Source: the human T2T-CHM13v2.0 reference genome, Homo sapiens. Taken from it: a stretch of 64,000 nt of DNA. A model generated the notes under the pieces. It made no database searches. It was not told the origin of the DNA and saw only the letters and a list, made by a program, of their open reading frames with translations. The stretch lies in assembly GCF_009914755.1 (NCBI RefSeq), contig NC_060928.1; one strand, written 5' to 3'. This document shows positions 26,711 through 40,646 of this stretch, piece by piece. The translations under genes and the position numbers were made by a program. Every line of letters starts with the position of its first letter. The first letter of the stretch is position 1.

Positions 26711-27789
26711 TAGGCCAAATTTTGATGCTAAATTTCCTATATGTGATTTTACCTGTTTGTTATCATTTTACTTACAATTCTACTTACTATAAACTTCCAA
26801 TATTTTCCATTGTTCCATTCCTGGTTCCCTTATTGATGCAAGGATACAATATTTCCTTTGAGGGTTGGAACATATATAACTTTTGTATCCCTTCATAGCC
26901 CAGGACAGTGTTGCTAAAAAATGTTTAATAAATCTTTAGTTAGTGAAAAATAAATTACTTGACACATCCACTAGCTAAAGCTGGTTTTGCAGACAGCTCT
27001 TGTGCAGACAGCTTGAACTGGATAGAGCACTGCTTTCTAGATGATGCTGAATGTCAATATGAAAAAGTCTAATTTCCATGAAGCAAAGATGGCTCTTATT
27101 TACCCAGCAACATAGTGCTCCATTTGAGATTACCTATGCTAAGAACTCTTGTTCTTTGTTTTTCTATTATATATCAAATATACAAAAGAGAGAACAGAAA
27201 ATAAATTTGTTATATAGGAATGCTGCTATTTATTGTCAGCTTTGATACATGGTTTGATAGAGGATTCACAATGGGTGATCGATGAAATCTAAGGACCTAA
27301 GTGTCCTAACTAAGCAATTGGTACATTTTATTCATCATAGTTATTTCAGCAGCCTGTTGGAGCTGAAAAGGGAAAGTTGACTGAATATACTCAAGAAATC
27401 TTAGACAAAAAATAAAAAAGAGTTCAGGTCAATCTTACCTTTATTTTGAAGTACTCCAATGAAGTATGTACTTGAATCTTACCCAGAACTTGTTCATTTA
27501 TCTAATTCATTTTTTGGCTGTGGAGAGCCTGAGGCATATAAGAACCAAAGAAAGCTGCTTTTTTATGAGAATGAGTCATTTACAATTTTGCACACCTTCT
27601 AAATAACAATCCAGAACTATGTTCAGATTATACTTTTTTCAGTTTTATTGACCATGGAAACAGTCTCTCAATTTAGTAATCCAGTCTCTTAGGAAGCAAA
27701 CTACAATTTGGTAAGGTTTTGTGTTATACTGTCCTCAGCAATTTTCATGTATTTAATCTATGTGATGACCTGACATGTGTTGTTCAGTT

Positions 27790-27870
27790 AATGATTGATA
27801 GGTAACTGAGGCTCAGAGGGGTTGAATAAATTTTAACAGGTCACACAGCTAGGAAAGAGCAAACAAAAGA
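27790..27870 (-). mobile_element. MIR core relic
   Basis: AACTGAGGCTCAGAGGGGTT...AGGTCACACAGCTAG. Confidence 0.65.
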
Positions 27871-28987
27871 AATTAAACTCTCATCTCTTTTCTGTTAGAG
27901 AATTTAGTTTTTCAACAATATCTCAGACCGTATCAGAATATTTATGTCTTCAGAAATTTTTGTGGATCTAGCCTCAGGTGCCTTCATGTGATTTTTAAAC
28001 TTAAAACTCTTGTTTGGTGCAAATCTTGTCTCTTTGGCGTCCAAGTAGCAATTTTATTTACTGTTCCTTTACTGTTCAAGTCTCCTGTGAATTTTCTATT
28101 TACTTCTCTGGCCAGAGGAGAGAGAAATGTTTGCTGACCTGGCTGTGTGCTTCATGCACTGACCTTTTAGAACCATTTCTGGTTCTGGATGCTGGAGATT
28201 GTCCTCTTTCCACCTGCTTTTGTTTGTACTCTCTGAGCCACTGTTTGCATTTAATTTTAAAATGTCTCCTTCTATTACCTTCCTTAGCTTTGGAGTTTTT
28301 ATGCCACTTTCATTTATATCTCTCATATCTTTCATTTCATCTAAAACTTTTAAAAAAAAATAAATCCTAGCATAGAAGAGAAGATGCCAACTGGGGACAA
28401 ACTCATGAAAGAGAAAAAAGAAAAAAAATTAAAGTGGACAGAAATGTGAAAGAGATTGAAATACAAAAAAAAATGAGTTTAAATAAGATGTTTGGACCTG
28501 AAAATTTTCTTAAACAGAAGTAAGGGAAGTAAAATAAAAGTGAAGAAAATGACATATTAAAGAATTTGGTGCAGCAGTTACATAGATAAAGTTCCTATAG
28601 ATTGGCCATTAAATCCTAGAAACCTTAACTGTGGCTCAAACTGTCTCTATGTGTATGGGAAACAAAGCGTCTGAATTGACTTTCTGTTTAAATGAGAGAC
28701 TGAATAAATATGCACAGACATAGGCATCATCTGTAATTTTTTATAGTCCTGTAAAAAAAGAATTTGACCTAAATAGTTCTACATAATATTAGATACATTG
28801 GGTGAACTTTCTCAGTTATTCTCATCTTCTGAGGTTGGTGGAGATAATAGGCCTAATTTCTGTTCCCACTGGGCTAACCCAGAACAAAATTGTATAGTCA
28901 GTTTCTATACTTTTCACTCTTTTCCTTGTGCCTTTCCATTAGGATTGCAGCGGCTTCATATTTTCCCTTTTAATAAAATTCCCCTGG

Positions 28988-29399
28988 GCCTTAGTTTATT
29001 CCTGATATTATAACTATAAATACCACAGACTGGATAATTCATAAAGAATAGAACTCTATTTCTCGCAGGTCTGAAGGCTGGAAAGTCCAAGATCAAGGGG
29101 CCAGCAGATTTGGTGTCTGGCAAAGGGTTACTCTCTGCTTCTGAGATGGTACCGTATTGCTGCATCCTCTGAGTGGGACAAATTCTGTGTCCTCACTAGA
29201 GGAAGTCAGAAGGGAAGAAGGGCAAGAAAGGGTCTAGCTATTTTCCTCAAGTCTTTCTATAAAGGCTCTAATTCCATTTTGCGTGTGGAGCACCCATGAG
29301 CTAAACACCTTCTAAGGGCCTCACCTCTTCTTATCATTATTTTGAAGTTTAAATTCCAACATATAAATTTGGGGAAAAACATACATTAAAACCATAGCA
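28988..29399 (-). mobile_element. MaLR LTR (MSTD/MLT1A-like)
   Basis: AATACCACAGACTGG...AAGTCCAAGATCAAGG..CCAGCAGATTTGGTGTCTGG...ACATTAAAACCATAGCA. Confidence 0.8.
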
Positions 29400-29498
29400 G
29401 TCTAACTTTATTAGGAACATCAAAAGCTCATTAAAATATGTTAATAAATGTTTATTGTTCATTTCTTTTATAATGTATTATTTACATAAATGTATATA

Positions 29499-30240
<742 letters not shown>

Positions 30241-30529
30241 TTAAACAAAATATTGTACCCCCAAAAAAGTGTAACAATACACTTTTGTTGTCATGTGTCA
30301 CTTTTGTTGGGGTACAATATTTTGAAGCCCACCAAAGAAGTATAAGAAGATAACTCTGCTAGTCATTTTATATGCAGCTATGCCATTTAATTAACACAAC
30401 ACTCTCATGCGGTAGGTGTTGTTATAGAAGACCTAAGTCCTTTGAAATATTTCCCAAGTCACAGACAGTGATAATACTGAAGTTGTGTGCAGATTCAGGT
30501 CACTCTGGTTTTAAAGCCAGAACTTTTAA

Positions 30530-31640
30530 CCAGGGATAGATTCAGATTATGTAAAACCTGAGGTTTACTCAATTTGAGGAGCCTACTTTAAGAAATAATT
30601 CAAAATTACAAATGCATACTCAAATATGAGAGTGAACATTTAGAATAAGGACAAAAAGCAAAAATTGCACATTTTAAAAATCTGTGCAACAATAACAAGG
30701 ATTGCAAACTCTAGAAAAATAACATTTTTAATCAGCTACCTAATACATCTCTATAATACTTTTTTCTTACATTTTTTCACTTCGTATTCATATTACAAAT
30801 ATTTTGTATTATCTTTCTCTATAAAGATAGTAGAAAGAAAATTCAGTCTTTTTACAATCAAGGTTAATAATATTTGATGTTTTATAAAGATTTTTTCAGA
30901 AGTTTTCAGTTTCACAACTAGTTATTTGTATATTAGTCTTCTAGGGCTGCCATAACACGGTATCACAGAGTGGGTGGCTAAAACAACATAAATGTATTTC
31001 TCACATTTCTGGAGGTTGGAAGTCTAAAATCAAGGTGTCGATAGCTGTGGTTTCTCCTGAGGCTTCTCTCCTTGGCTTGCTGACAGATGCCCTCTCATTG
31101 TATCCCAGCATGGCTTCTCCTCTGTGCAGACCTGCTTCTGATGTCTCTTCCTCTTCTGATGAGGACACCAGTCCTATTGGATTATGGGACCAGCTTTATT
31201 ATTCCCTTTATCTAAATTACCTCCTTAAAGCTCTTATCTCCAAATACAGTTACATTGACTGTTAGGGATTCAACTTATAAATTTGGGGGACACAAGTCAA
31301 TGACAATTGATATTTTCATGCAAATATGTAAAATTGTCAAATTTTGAGAAATTATCTATTAAGGTTTTTACATACATGAGAAGTATTTCAAGAAACTTCT
31401 TTCACAATATTGCTAGAAATTTGTGCTCTGTGAAAATAGGATTTCTGATAAATTATAGTTCTATAATTTCCACCAGAAAGAAAAATAATTTATGGTACAT
31501 TTATAGTTACAGATGAAACATTATTCAAGTAGACTACAGATAAAAGATAAATATAACATTCTTAAAAGTAACAAACCAGAAAATTCATAAAATAGTAATC
31601 CAATCTCTCTGAAACAGTAATAAATGGTGCAATTTACATA
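30530..31640. mobile_element. Probable hAT-Tip100 (Zaphod/MER115-like) relic, interrupted by MLT1B
   Basis: CAGGGATAGATTCAG...CCTGAGGTTTACTCAATTTGAGGAGCCTACTTTAAGAAA resembles the recalled terminus; right boundary uncertain. Confidence 0.45.
30930..31305 (-). mobile_element. MLT1B-like MaLR LTR
   Basis: TATTAGTCTTCTAGGGCTGCCATAACA...TGAGGCTTCTCTCCTTGGCTTGC...AGGACACCAGTCCTATTGGATTA...TCTCCAAATACAGT. Confidence 0.85.
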
Positions 31641-31929
31641 TAGGAAAGTTACAACCTAATTTTACTTGTACTCTGGCCCACATTCCACAGCATATTCTTG
31701 GCACATTGTCTGTCTCATTTCATCTCATTTTCTTCTCACCCATTGCCTGACAGTCTTACTCCACCTCTTTTTTTCTTCCTCAAACATGAAAACCCCATAT
31801 CCACCTGCAAACTTCTTACTAGTTGGTTTTTCCATCTGGATGTTCTTCCCACGAATCTTCATCTGCAACTGCAATATGACTTTTTCAACTGATCTCTACT
31901 TCCAGAGAAAATTGTTGTAATGGGTACCC

Positions 31930-34920
31930 AAATTACTTCCTGCCTGAAGCTATTAGTACTTAAGACAAAATATACAAATGGTTTTAAGACATTGGATCAC
32001 GTAGAAGAGTGATCACTTAGGCAAGAAGGTGAAATTAAATAATCCTTAAAATTGCCTCAATTTACCAATTAAAGAGAAGTTTCTGACAGTCTCTTTGATC
32101 TGAGGATTTGGAGATAGATATTTAGGGAAGGCAAAGTAGCTAGAATTTATAGGGAATAGTGTCAGATCAGAACAGATCGGCTACTCTGGTCATATCTAAC
32201 AAAGTTTAAAAGCAAGTCTCAAACGATCAAACATTTTTAAGTAAATTAACTGCACTGCAGAGCAAAGGCCAAGAAATTTATAGTACTACAAAAACATCTT
32301 TCTTCCAACACAGTAAAATTCAGAGTGTCCATAATCCAACAATAATTACCAAGCATACAAATCCAGAAAAATTTATACCATAATTAGGAGAAATTAGAGT
32401 GTATACATATACACCCAGAAATTAGACAGATGATAGGCTTCGCTAAAAGGTATATAACTGTAATCTCTGCATTTAAGAAAAAAGAAGATTAAATATATTA
32501 ATTAGAGACTTGGAAGATATTACAAAACAAATTGAACTTCTAGAGAAGGATATCATGGTCGAGATTTACAAAATGACAATACTTGGATGGGATAGACAGG
32601 AGATCACACACTGTAAAAGTAAAGATTATTGAACTGAAAAATATAATGGACAGTGTCCAAAAACACACAGAGAGAAAAAAGACTGAAAAAAAATTCAGCA
32701 AGGTGAGAAATAATGTAATACATTTTCATATATGTTTAATTGAAGTTTCTAAATGGGAAATGGGAACAAAAAAAAGTAGACAAATTATAACATATATGAT
32801 TCAACATAGAAAAGATAGTAATTCTTCCTAAATTGATCTATAGTTTTAATGCAATTCCAACAAAATATCAGTCCAGTTTTGTGAAGACACAGATAAGCCT
32901 ATTCTAAAATGTATATGGAACAGTATAGGTATAGAATAAATACAAAAACTGACTCAGGAAGAAAAATAAATATGAACAGACCCATGAAAAAAGAAAAGAT
33001 ACTGAATACAGATTTAAAAACCACCCAAGAAAAAAAGGTGCAGGACCACATGGGTTCATTGGTAAATTCTTCCAAACATGTAAAAATAAATCAACATCAA
33101 TCTTTCTTAAGCTCTTTCAACAATTAGAAGAGAGAGAACATTTCCAATCTTGTTCTATGAGGCCAGCATTACCCTAATACTAAGCCAAACAAAGGCACTA
33201 CGAGAAGAGCAAACTAAAGACCAATATCCCTCAGAACTATAGATTCAAAACTTCTCTACAGAATACTAACAGCCATATCCAGTAGGATAGCAAATGCACT
33301 ATACATTATAACCAAGTGGAGTTTATTTCAAGAAAGTGAGGGTGGTTCGACATTAGAATCAATCAATGTGATACACCACAACAATTACATTAAAAATGAG
33401 AATCTCAATTGTTCTAGAAAAATAATTTGGCAAAATTCAATACTCTCTTATGAACTCAGTAAACTAGAAATAAAAGCGAACTTCTCCAACATAATAAAGA
33501 TCATTGATATGAAACCCATAGCTATCATGATACACAATAGTGAAGAACTGAAATATTTCCCCATAAAATGAGAAAAAGAGAAGAGTACCTGTTTTTGCAA
33601 CTTCTATTCAACATTGTATTGGAAGTTCTGGCCAGAACAATTAGGCAAGAAAAGGAAATAAAAGGCATCCAAATTGAAGGGAAATTATACAATTATTTTT
33701 ATTCCCAGATGACATGACTTTATATCCTAAAAAATCATTTAAAACATCTTAAAGCTAACAAATGAATTCAGAAAAGTTTCAGGGTACCAGTCCTACACAA
33801 AAAATCAGGGTTTTTTTCTATATACTAGCAAAGAAAAACCTGAAAAGGAAATTTTAAAAATTTATTTAATTTTCAACAACATCAAAAAAATAGGAATAAA
33901 TTTAACCAAGGAGTTGCAAGACTTTCGCACTGAAAGTTTAAAACATTACTGCAAAAGTAAATAAACAATATGAATCATTTGTCAGCTTGTTTAAAAACAA
34001 AAACAACAAACACAAGAAAATAGGTAAAATAATAAGGAAACAATACAGAATATCATGTTATATATAATATTAAGACAATATAAAATTTTAGAGAAACTCA
34101 AGAAGAGGTAGAAAACATCAGAAGATCAATAATACAAAAAATTTATAAAAATACACGTTTTAAAATGTCCTATTTAGGATGACTTTACCACTGAATGTTC
34201 AGTGAGATAATTTCTCTGCCATTTCTTTTGTAAAGACCACAGAAAATTACAGAAAGCTACTAAACTGAAGTAAAAACCAGCATAACCTTAATAAAATACC
34301 ACAAAACAAAAGCCTAATAATTTGATTTATAATTATAGCTGAAAAAATCTAAATATAATATTAGCACAAAAAAATAAAATCAGTATATTCAATAATAATA
34401 ATACCCAAACACCAAGTATTTCATTCAAGAAACAAAATAATGCTTTGTCATTAGGAAATAAATCAAATACGTTATTATATTTATAAGGTAGAAAAAAATC
34501 AATGTAATTATAACAATGTAGTGTAGAGATGAATTTTACACATTTTAGTAAATCAAAAATAAAACAAAGTTTAGTGAAATGGGAATAGAGGTATCAATTG
34601 AATGTATGCAGTTAACATAAGAATGAAAGTGACGTATATTAAATATTGAAACTGTTGCAGTTTTTAGAAACAGAATCTAAATATTCTCTTACTACTATTA
34701 CTTAAATAAAGACAGGAAAATAGAGTTCTAAAATAAATTATAGGTTTGTATAGAATAAATTGTAATTGCATAATAAGAAAACCCAAGATATTTACACAAA
34801 TCTTAATAAAAGATAATTTGTTAATTTTATAGTAGACAAACAAAAATGAAGTTTTCTGTTGTTATACTTTACCTGTTTATAAATAGAAATGAGGAAGATA
34901 GTCCATTTGTTATATCCAAA
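31930..34920 (+). mobile_element. Old L1M fragments, clearest as ORF2 RT region at ~32940-33960
   Basis: TTCTATGAGGCCAGCATTACCCTAATAC; CTATTCAACATTGTATTGGAAGTTCTGGCCAGAACAATTAGGCAAGAAAAGGAAATAAAAGGCATCCAAATTG; A-rich sense strand. Confidence 0.7.
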
Positions 34921-34924
34921 CAGC

Positions 34925-35537
34925 TGTGGGGGGCCCTTTTAAGGTTTGTTTAAAAATCAACTAACAAAAGGCAGACTAATTGGAGAAAAGGCAAACAAAT
35001 GTTTTTAACATGTATATGTGGGAGCCTTCAAAATGAAGACCCAAAGAAAAAGAGGAAATAGTCCATTTTTATCCTTAAGTTCAACAAAGTGTGGACAGCC
35101 TTGTAGAAACATGATTGAACAAAAAGTTTATAATCTAATGCTAATAAACTAAGAGGCAAAACTCAGCAAGGCTGTGGTCTAGATTCTTCTTGTCCTTTTT
35201 GAGCATGCATTTTTTTCTTCTGGACATGAGGCAGGCACTCTCTGGAAAAGGGGTCTTATGACTTAGAGTCAAACGAGGTAGTCGGATAATTTATTTACAG
35301 TCAGTTTTTACACAGAAAGATGGAGGGAAAGTTAGAATAATCATTTTAGGTTTTATGGTTACCACTGGGGAAAAATGGTTCTGGTTTCTATGACCTGCCT
35401 TGGGGAAGAGGGATCTATTGCTAGCCTTGGGGGAGAATGGGCTAAGAGATAGGAAGGCAGAAGCAGATCGGAGAAAACTGCTTGTGAGACTGCTTCTGAG
35501 GCCTTCATTCTGGGGTACTATTTTCTGAGCCCCAATA
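34925..35537 (-). mobile_element. ERV1 solo LTR of the MER39/LTR29 (MER34-related) type
   Basis: Reverse complement starts TATTGGGGCTCAGAAAATAGTACCCCAGAATGAAGGCCTCAGAAGCAG and ends CCCCCACA; exact subfamily uncertain. Confidence 0.7.
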
Positions 35538-35549
35538 CCAATAAGCATG

Positions 35550-38340
35550 TAAAGGTAAATTCAGAGTAGGTTACTTGCATAAATTATAGTGAATAACTGA
35601 AGGACATAAAACATTCTGGAAGAGATGTACCTTCCTTTAGAGTATAAAAGTTATCAGAAAACTTCAGCTTTCACAAATATTTCTATGCATGACATTTATT
35701 TCCAATAGGAATTACTTTTTGAAACTGGATAAGCTAATTTAATAATTCATGTGGCAAAAATAGTTCATATTAATTTTCAAGTAAGTTGGGAAAAAAGAAG
35801 GTGATGGAAGAGGGACTTGAGTAGCACATATTAAAATAGGTAATAATCCCTGTAATGATTGGCAGAGCTTGCCATTAGACTGGTGTAAAGAGATACAATA
35901 TAGAAACAGATGGATATTGGCAACCAGCAATATATCTTGATATAGATATAAATGATATTGATATAGATATATAAATACAGTTACTTCCTGTAACATAAAG
36001 TATCCACATAAAGTGGACTATCTCTAACATTATCCAAACAAGTAAACAAACAAGTAAATGAACAAAACCAGAAAATGCAGATTGACAAGAAGGTAAGGAA
36101 AAATCACCCATAACCCATACTACACATAATTTGGTGACAGTGATTTCTAAACAAGTGCTTTTACGTGTAAGTGGGCCTTCTGAGACCATGTTAACTCTGG
36201 TGGCTACACCAACAATGAGTCAGGCTCCTGCTCCTGAAGATTGGAAATAACGGGGCTTGAAAAGTACATGGGCTAGTGGTGGTTGTGTTGCAAAAGCTCC
36301 ACTTCTGGAATAAAGAGAAACACTTGGAAATAGGAGATTTCCCTTAGGTAAGTGGAGGCGAGGAGGGAAAAAAAGCGGCCACAAAAATAAGATAGTGGCA
36401 GTGAATCAGAAGGAAGAATATATTAACTGCTAAGAATCATTGGAACCAGGCTCTTTGGAGAAATGGCCACTTCCTGGACCAGAAAAAGAAAGCATTAAGT
36501 AATGTTGGGACATCTTATAACAGAAAGCAAAGCAAGTAGTCAAAATATCATGAGAACATGCTAAAGAACAAAGAAGTCAAGTGTAAAGGGACACCCATAG
36601 GCTAAGTCTGACACACCTGAATTAGTATTTTGTTATTATTAATATCATTTCTGTAATTGGAGAAGATTAAAAATTCATGATTCCTTAATATGTGGGTGTT
36701 TGTATGCATCTGTGTGTATGTGTGTGTATGTGTGAGTCAGATAGAAATGAATGCTAAAACCAAAGATTGAAGGGCTGCAGAACAGACATTTGTAAAGTTC
36801 CAAAGAACCACTGCATAGATTACCTGAGAATTGCAAAGGGGAAAAAATGTGGGAAAAGTAAGTGAGTCTTTTTCTTAAAAAGATCTGGTGGTCATTTTCT
36901 TTAAAAAGTGAGCAAGTTTAGCATTACTGACGTGTTCTGGTTTAGAAAAAAAAATTATAACTTTTGAGAATAAAAGTATAATTGAATATGGATTGATAGT
37001 ATAATTCCCCAATACCATCGTATTGGGGAATTATAGCTGATTTTCTGGGTCAAATGGAGCAGCTAATTGAATGAACTACTGAAAAATGTCCTTATTTGTT
37101 GGAGATGCATGTAAGGTATTTTGGGGTAAAATGTTAAGATTTCTGTAACTTTCAAATGGTTCCACAAATAAAATCTTAGGTAAACAAAGAAAATGTATGA
37201 AAATGTTAACAGTTATTGAATCTAGATATTCTTCATAAGAATAATCATTGTATTTTTATTAAACCTCAAGGTACTAAATTTTTTATAATAAGTGCTGCAA
37301 TAATTAACAAATTAAAAAAAGAAAAATATTGACATGTTCTCTAGTTGTCAAACTTAATCTTAGGAAACCTTAAGATAAAATAGTCATGTATAATTGCATA
37401 AAATGAAAATATGTGTATACTACATAAAGTTGAAAATATACATAATAAGTCAAGGGTTAAACTTACAAACACGAAGAATGTTTGAAAACTTATGAAAAAT
37501 ATAAAAATCCCAATAAAAATGAAAACAGTTTATAAACTGATACTTTACAAAAAAGAAAAAGAAGATGGCCATCAAATTATATTAGACAACTCTTCAGCAT
37601 TACTGGTGGTGAGGGAAATTAAAATAAAAACAGTAAAAAAAAAACCGTATTTAATGTATTATATCAGCAAGTATTTTAAAGATTGACATAGTTGTTGCTT
37701 TTAAATGAAAGGTTCACTTATACATTGCTGATGGACGTGTATATTAGAACAACCTTCCGTAAAAACAAGATGCTATTATCTATTAAAAGTAAACTTTGCT
37801 AAAACACACACACACACACACACACTTACACACACACACACACATCAACAACAAATCCCAAGAAACTGCCAGATTTGTACACAGGTATGTATTTGCACAA
37901 GGATATTTATTGAAGCAAGTTATATAACTGAAAACAATTTAAATGCCAAATAATATGGAATTATTAAATAAATGAAGTAGTAAAAAATTATTAAATAAAT
38001 GAAGTAGTAAAAAATGCAGTAGCTAAATAAATTAGTTTGTTATTTATTTATTGACCTCGACACATGTCTATAACATGTTATGCCACAGTGGACGATTTTG
38101 TTTTGTAAAATATAAAAATGAGAGAACAGAAAATAAAACATTGGATGTATATTTGCACAAGGATTTTTTAAAAAGTAAAGTTTGAAAGCAGAAATACCAA
38201 ATTGCCAACACTGCTTTAGCACATCTCAAGGTTGAGAGAGGAAAAGAGAGGGAAAGGTAAGACTATTCACCCTTCCTTTATAAATGTCTGTATTCTTTGG
38301 ATTCTAAGAAATATGTATTCATTTTCTAATTAAAAATAAC
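35550..38340 (+). mobile_element. Highly decayed L1M/L1ME 3' fragments (patchy), with (CA)n at 37804-37844
   Basis: Scattered motifs such as AATGTCCTTATTTGTTGGAGATGCATG, AACTTTCAAATGGTTC, ACAAGGATATTTATTGAAGC. Confidence 0.45.
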
Positions 38341-39676
38341 AATAAAGTAAGAAAAAACACATACAACAATAGCACCAAAAGAAATTGCTACTGAATGAAT
38401 TTTATCCAGTCAAGCACAAATTACTATTTTCTAATGTGCAGAAGTTTGAATGTGGGCAGAGAGCAAAGAGAAAGAATTTATGAATCTTTTCATGTAAAAT
38501 TAATGATGCAGTATAATGTGTGGTGTTTTTACTTTAAAAGAAGGTATCACAATGTGATATTTTATTGCTATGCCATTTTAATTGCTACATCTCTGTGTGC
38601 TTTATTGTGAATATTTTGGTTTTGAATTTTTGACCCCAGGCAATTTCATTATGAAGTAGGGTTCCTTTTCATCGATTAGAAAATGTTACAAATCAAAGGG
38701 ATAAACTATAAACAAAATGAATTAAAACTGGCCTCTTAAATTTCCTTATATTTTTCTCTTTATCCTGGTGGAACAAAGTGAACATTCAGTAAGTTAGCTG
38801 GAAATGAGTACATGAAAGAAAGAGCTGCAATTTTTTTTTCTTGGAAAGAAGTTTAGGAGAACTTTGGCTTCCATAGGTAAATTACAGAAATCAAGAAGCA
38901 AATTATCTCTCTAAGGCCTGGAAAAACACTACATTATAACATTTTGTAATAACTAAATAATAAGTACAATTTATAGGATTGATAGTTCTTACATCCCATA
39001 ATATAAACATTAAAACAGCATTTAAAAAATGACATTTACATAGAAACCTCTTATCCTAGGCCTTCTTATCCTCCTGTTATCCTTGTCCTTCAAGCCCCAA
39101 ATGACACGTTAATCTCTTCTGGAAAATTGTACTTGTCCTGTAGTTTAGCAAACTATGGTTGGGTTCTTTCTCCTCTTGAATGTTAGCAAGACACAAGATT
39201 CATATATTCTATTTGAAGTTACCTTTGGATTTGACATCTTGAACTTGACATCTTGACCAACAACTATGAAACTCTGCAAGCAGTGATTATGGCATTAATC
39301 TTGAAGATTTACCATAGTACCCAGCTTATATTATATGTTAAACAATTGTTTGTTGAATTCAATAAACTGACATAGATTACATTGGAAATTGCAGATTTAT
39401 TGATACCTTAATGCTATACTAAATGTGACTAGTCTTTAGTCTTTTCTCCTTGGGAAAGAGAAATCTACTACTTCCACCTAGTATGCTACCTTTCCTATGA
39501 AAAAGGATTAGCTTATATGTACTCTTTTCTCTTCCATTATCTTTTCATCCCCTTTATCCCTCATTCTCAGTACGTGAGTTTGTGTATATGTCTTGAGAAA
39601 AATAAATGCATTTTAACCGAGACTTTCAAATAATAATAAAATAAATCAAATCAAATCAAATAATATCCAAATAAAA

Positions 39677-39991
39677 CCTGGAGGCTTTAGGGAAGAATCT
39701 GCTTCCCTACTTTTTCCTGCTTATAGTGGCTGCCCACAATTCTTGGTTCATGGCCATATCTCTCCAGTCTGTTTTCATCAGCACATTTTCTTCTTTGACT
39801 CTGATTCTCCTGCTTTCCTCTGATAAGGATCCTTGGAATTATACTGGACTCACAGGCATAATCCAGGATAAACTCCCCATCCAAAGATCCTTAACTAATT
39901 ACATCTGCAAAGTTCCTTTTGCCATCTAAGTAATATATTCACAGGGAATTAGGCCATGGACACATTTAAGGGACCTATTTAGCTTACCACA
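39677..39991 (-). mobile_element. MLT1C/D-like MaLR LTR, partial
   Basis: GGAGGCTTTAGGGAAGAATCTG...ATAATCCAGGATAAACTCCCCATC...ACATCTGCAAAGTTCCTTTTGCCA...CTTACCACA. Confidence 0.8.
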
Positions 39992-40339
39992 ATTCCTAAA
40001 GATAAACCACCTTCTAGTATAATCATTTTAAACTTCTTCTCCATTGATGCTACATAATTTGTTAGCTCGCTCCATATTTCTCTACTCTGATTCACATGTG
40101 AACTTGAAGAAAATCTCTACATTCTTTCAGGCTTTGTGAACCAGTCCTTCACTTAACCCTGAGTAAGAGGAATTTGGGCTCCTCCACTTCATTTATTCAT
40201 CTTATATGAACAGCAAAAATAATCTTCATGTTGCCATATGGAATGACCACTTCTCTGTTCTAACATCTCAGACCTCTTCTCTTCAATTCTCTTCAATTGA
40301 AGAGAATTGTCATCTTCAATTCTCTTCTGTTTGATTTCT

Positions 40340-40646
40340 ACACACCTAGCTTCTCATAATTCAGTTTGAGTGTAACATAGAAGAGTCGCCTCCTTTGACT
40401 ACTTAAATTGGAACCTCCCAGAACCAATCAACTCTCTATTCCAACCTTTAGTTTGATTTTCTTTAGGACACTTAACAATCTTGGGAATTATCTTGATTAT
40501 TAATTTGTTTACTTAATTATAATATCCTGCCTCCTCCTCTAATAAAATGGAAGATCTATGAAGGAAAGGAGCCACATCTCTCTTCATTACTGCTTTATCT
40601 CAAGTCTCAATAACTGTTTCTTGATACAAATATCTGAATGAATGAC
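40340..40646 (+). mobile_element. L2 3' end relic
   Basis: AAGATCTATGAAGG...TTCATTACTGCTTTATCTC...AAATATCTGAATGAATGA terminus. Confidence 0.5.

Noticed and set aside
28014-28370. 118-aa Leu/Cys/Phe-rich ORF
   Set aside because: TTG start, and the composition simply reflects pyrimidine-rich sequence.
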